A stretch of 64,000 nt of DNA from Pseudovirgaria hyperparasitica (Eukaryota). The stretch lies in assembly GCA_010093815.1 (NCBI GenBank), contig ML996571.1; one strand, written 5' to 3'. Shown one piece after another: positions 61,847 to 64,000 of the stretch (position 1 is its first letter; each line of letters opens with the position of its first letter). Made by a program: the position numbers and the translations under genes. Under the pieces are notes generated by a model. The model saw only the letters and a list, made by a program, of their open reading frames with translations, did not search any database and was not told the origin of the DNA.

Positions 61847-62561
61847 CGTAAGCAATTTCGTGGAATCGGATTTAGTATGGTTGTGTACGAGTATCCTCCC
61901 GATAATAGATCATGTCAAACTGAACTTAGCTCTGCCGACGAAGCTCGTTAGACGTCTAGTCGACCTCGGCTCTCCCCGCAATCCTCTAAATTCCCGTCCA
62001 AGTGCCTTGGTTCGGACATCTACGGAGATCTACGAAGATCGTTCGGAAGTCAATGTCGCGTGGCATTTACTTAATACTTCACGCGAAATAGCATGCCAAA
62101 TGCACGACATATGCTGTACTCGTTTTGGCAGACTTGTAAATAAGCATTCTCTGTCGAGAGTCAGAATTCACGAGACAAACAGGTACAGGTTGACCTTCAA
62201 TGACACATCTTACGTATATATAGCCTGACAGAGTATTTTTGATACTGGTTGGCTCAACTTGCTTCAAGCCCTACGGAGAGACAACACGGGAGACGTAAAA
62301 TGGATGGCTGCGTCAAGTTGTACACACGCGATGAGCATATAACCCCGTAAGTGGGTCGGCGTGAGCAAAGCGATGACATTAAACAGGCTGTAAGCGGAAA
62401 CAATTAGGGTAGAATGCCGACGTGTCATTAGTATGTAGATCTTCGGAGTCTCCTCTCATGACTGATTGGGGGACAGGGAAGACATCAGGCGTAGGCTTGT
62501 AATTACTGTAAAATGGTCAAGATGAATCACAACTCCACTAGGCTACGAGAACGATCCCAGA

Positions 62562-64000
62562 TCAATGTCGCAGTTGGTGATCGTCCCTTCGTCGGTCATA
62601 GTCTCTGTCACGGTCACGTCGACGACTATCTCGATCTCGATGTCTGCTACGCTCCCGCCTTCGGTCATCATAACGTCTCTCGCTACTTCTGTCCCTCTGC
62701 CTGAAGCTCGAATGCCTTTCGCGATCTTCTTCTCTACCGACTGTTCGCCGCCGAGGACTTCGGCTCCTCGAAGGCATCCGCGTATTCCTCTCAGGACTTC
62801 TTCCTTGCGTATTTCCTGGTCTGCCCTGATTGACCATAATGCCGTAGCCACTGCCCCTCTGCTTGGGCGTAATATGTGTTTTGTACTGCGTTTTCTGCTC
62901 CAGAGCATCCAAGCCTCCAAAGCCAGGTCCCGCATGCTTTTTCCTCTTGGCGTTGGTAGCCGTACGCCACGTATCCGAAAGTCGACTGACACTCTGTGAG
63001 AAATCTACGTGTATCCGGTGGTCGTCAATCAGGGTACCATCCATCTTGTGATATGCACGTTCGCAGTCTTCCTTCTCTTCGAATTCAATGAAAGCGTATT
63101 GAAGTGAGTCACCTGTTCGCTTGTCCCGTATAACCTCGCAGGACAGGATTTTACCGAAACGACTGAATATCAGTTCTAGATCTTCATCCTGTGTCACGGG
63201 GTTGAGTTTGCAAACGAATAGCACGTTTTCTGGGGGTTTGACTTCAGCGAAAGGCAGGTCGCCCATCATCTCAAGTGTAAGCGCTTGTGCGCGAGCCTCA
63301 CGCTCACGGCGCAGCTTCTCGATATTTTCCTGGTCCGCATCTGGATCAAGTCTTTCGTCGTGAGCGATACGGACTGTCGCGAGTTGCGCTGCACTCGGAA
63401 TAGGTGATTGATCGGGCTCCTGAAGGCCAGCCGGGTCGAAATAGGGGTCGTCAATGATATGCGTATGTAGAATACGGATGTCTTTCAAAGGCCTTCCAGA
63501 GTCATCCGTGAAAGCGCCGTTGATATTTTCCAAGGCATCAAAGCCTTCGATAACATTTCCAAATACTGCAGCCTTGCCGTCAAGGTATTCCAGGTTGTCC
63601 CCTAAGGTGACTATGAACTGACTCCCAGCTACACGCGTATCATCATTCTGGGGATCTGGTGCCGTCGAGAAGCTGATTGTACCTCTCTCGCTGTGCTTCA
63701 GCTTTGGGTGGAACTCTGGTGGGAAGGTCTTCTTGGTTGGGTTCGCGGGATCCAGCAATCCCCATATCGAAGAGCCGCCATCGCTATCCGCGGAGCCAGG
63801 ACCGATTGGATCACCAGTCGTGAATGAGAAATCCTTTTGTACAGAGTATATCGGTGAGTAATTGTAGTATTTGATTTTACAGAGCTTGAGAAAGCTGGAT
63901 TTGTTAGTATCTGTGAGGGCTTAATGTTCAGCGCGCGTCAACGTACAGGAACAAGAACTTACTTTTCGCAGGCCTTCGGCGCTTGGTCCACAAGCAGATC
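62562..64000 (-). CDS. PPIL4: Cyclophilin-RRM protein PPIL4/Rct1-like (5' end outside the window)
   Basis: [17 protein letters not shown] (intron 63895-63962), cyclophilin domain, RRM ([34 protein letters not shown]) and an R/D/S-rich tail. Confidence 0.93.

Overview
This is eukaryotic DNA from a filamentous ascomycete (Pezizomycotina): short GT-AG introns with CTRAC branch points and fungal-type RPB2, SWR1 and ATG2. The left ~23 kb is gene-sparse and accessory-like. It holds a small spliced Myb-like gene that the ORF track only partly captures, a cytochrome b5-fused delta-8 sphingolipid desaturase, a head-to-head pair of SMP-30/gluconolactonase genes, a GST pseudogene, a 6-Cys small secreted protein, and a DHA2 MFS efflux gene with an in-frame stop in exon 2. 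The right ~40 kb is a dense core block: Artemis/SNM1C, a hypothetical protein, CSN7, GH76, SWR1, NDUFB8, ATG2, an ADA2-like deaminase, L-arabinitol 4-dehydrogenase, RPB2, DSK2, a quinone oxidoreductase and a 5'-truncated cyclophilin-RRM. The clearest unannotated structure is a 637-bp non-autonomous Mutator-like element (31123-31759) with TIRs, a perfect 9-bp target-site duplication, and an internal ~63-bp tandem array carrying CACGTG motifs with polarised RIP-type decay. I found no CRISPR, rRNA or tRNA, and no convincing evidence of a large novel multi-gene system. All gene identities come from motif recognition by eye, not database searches.
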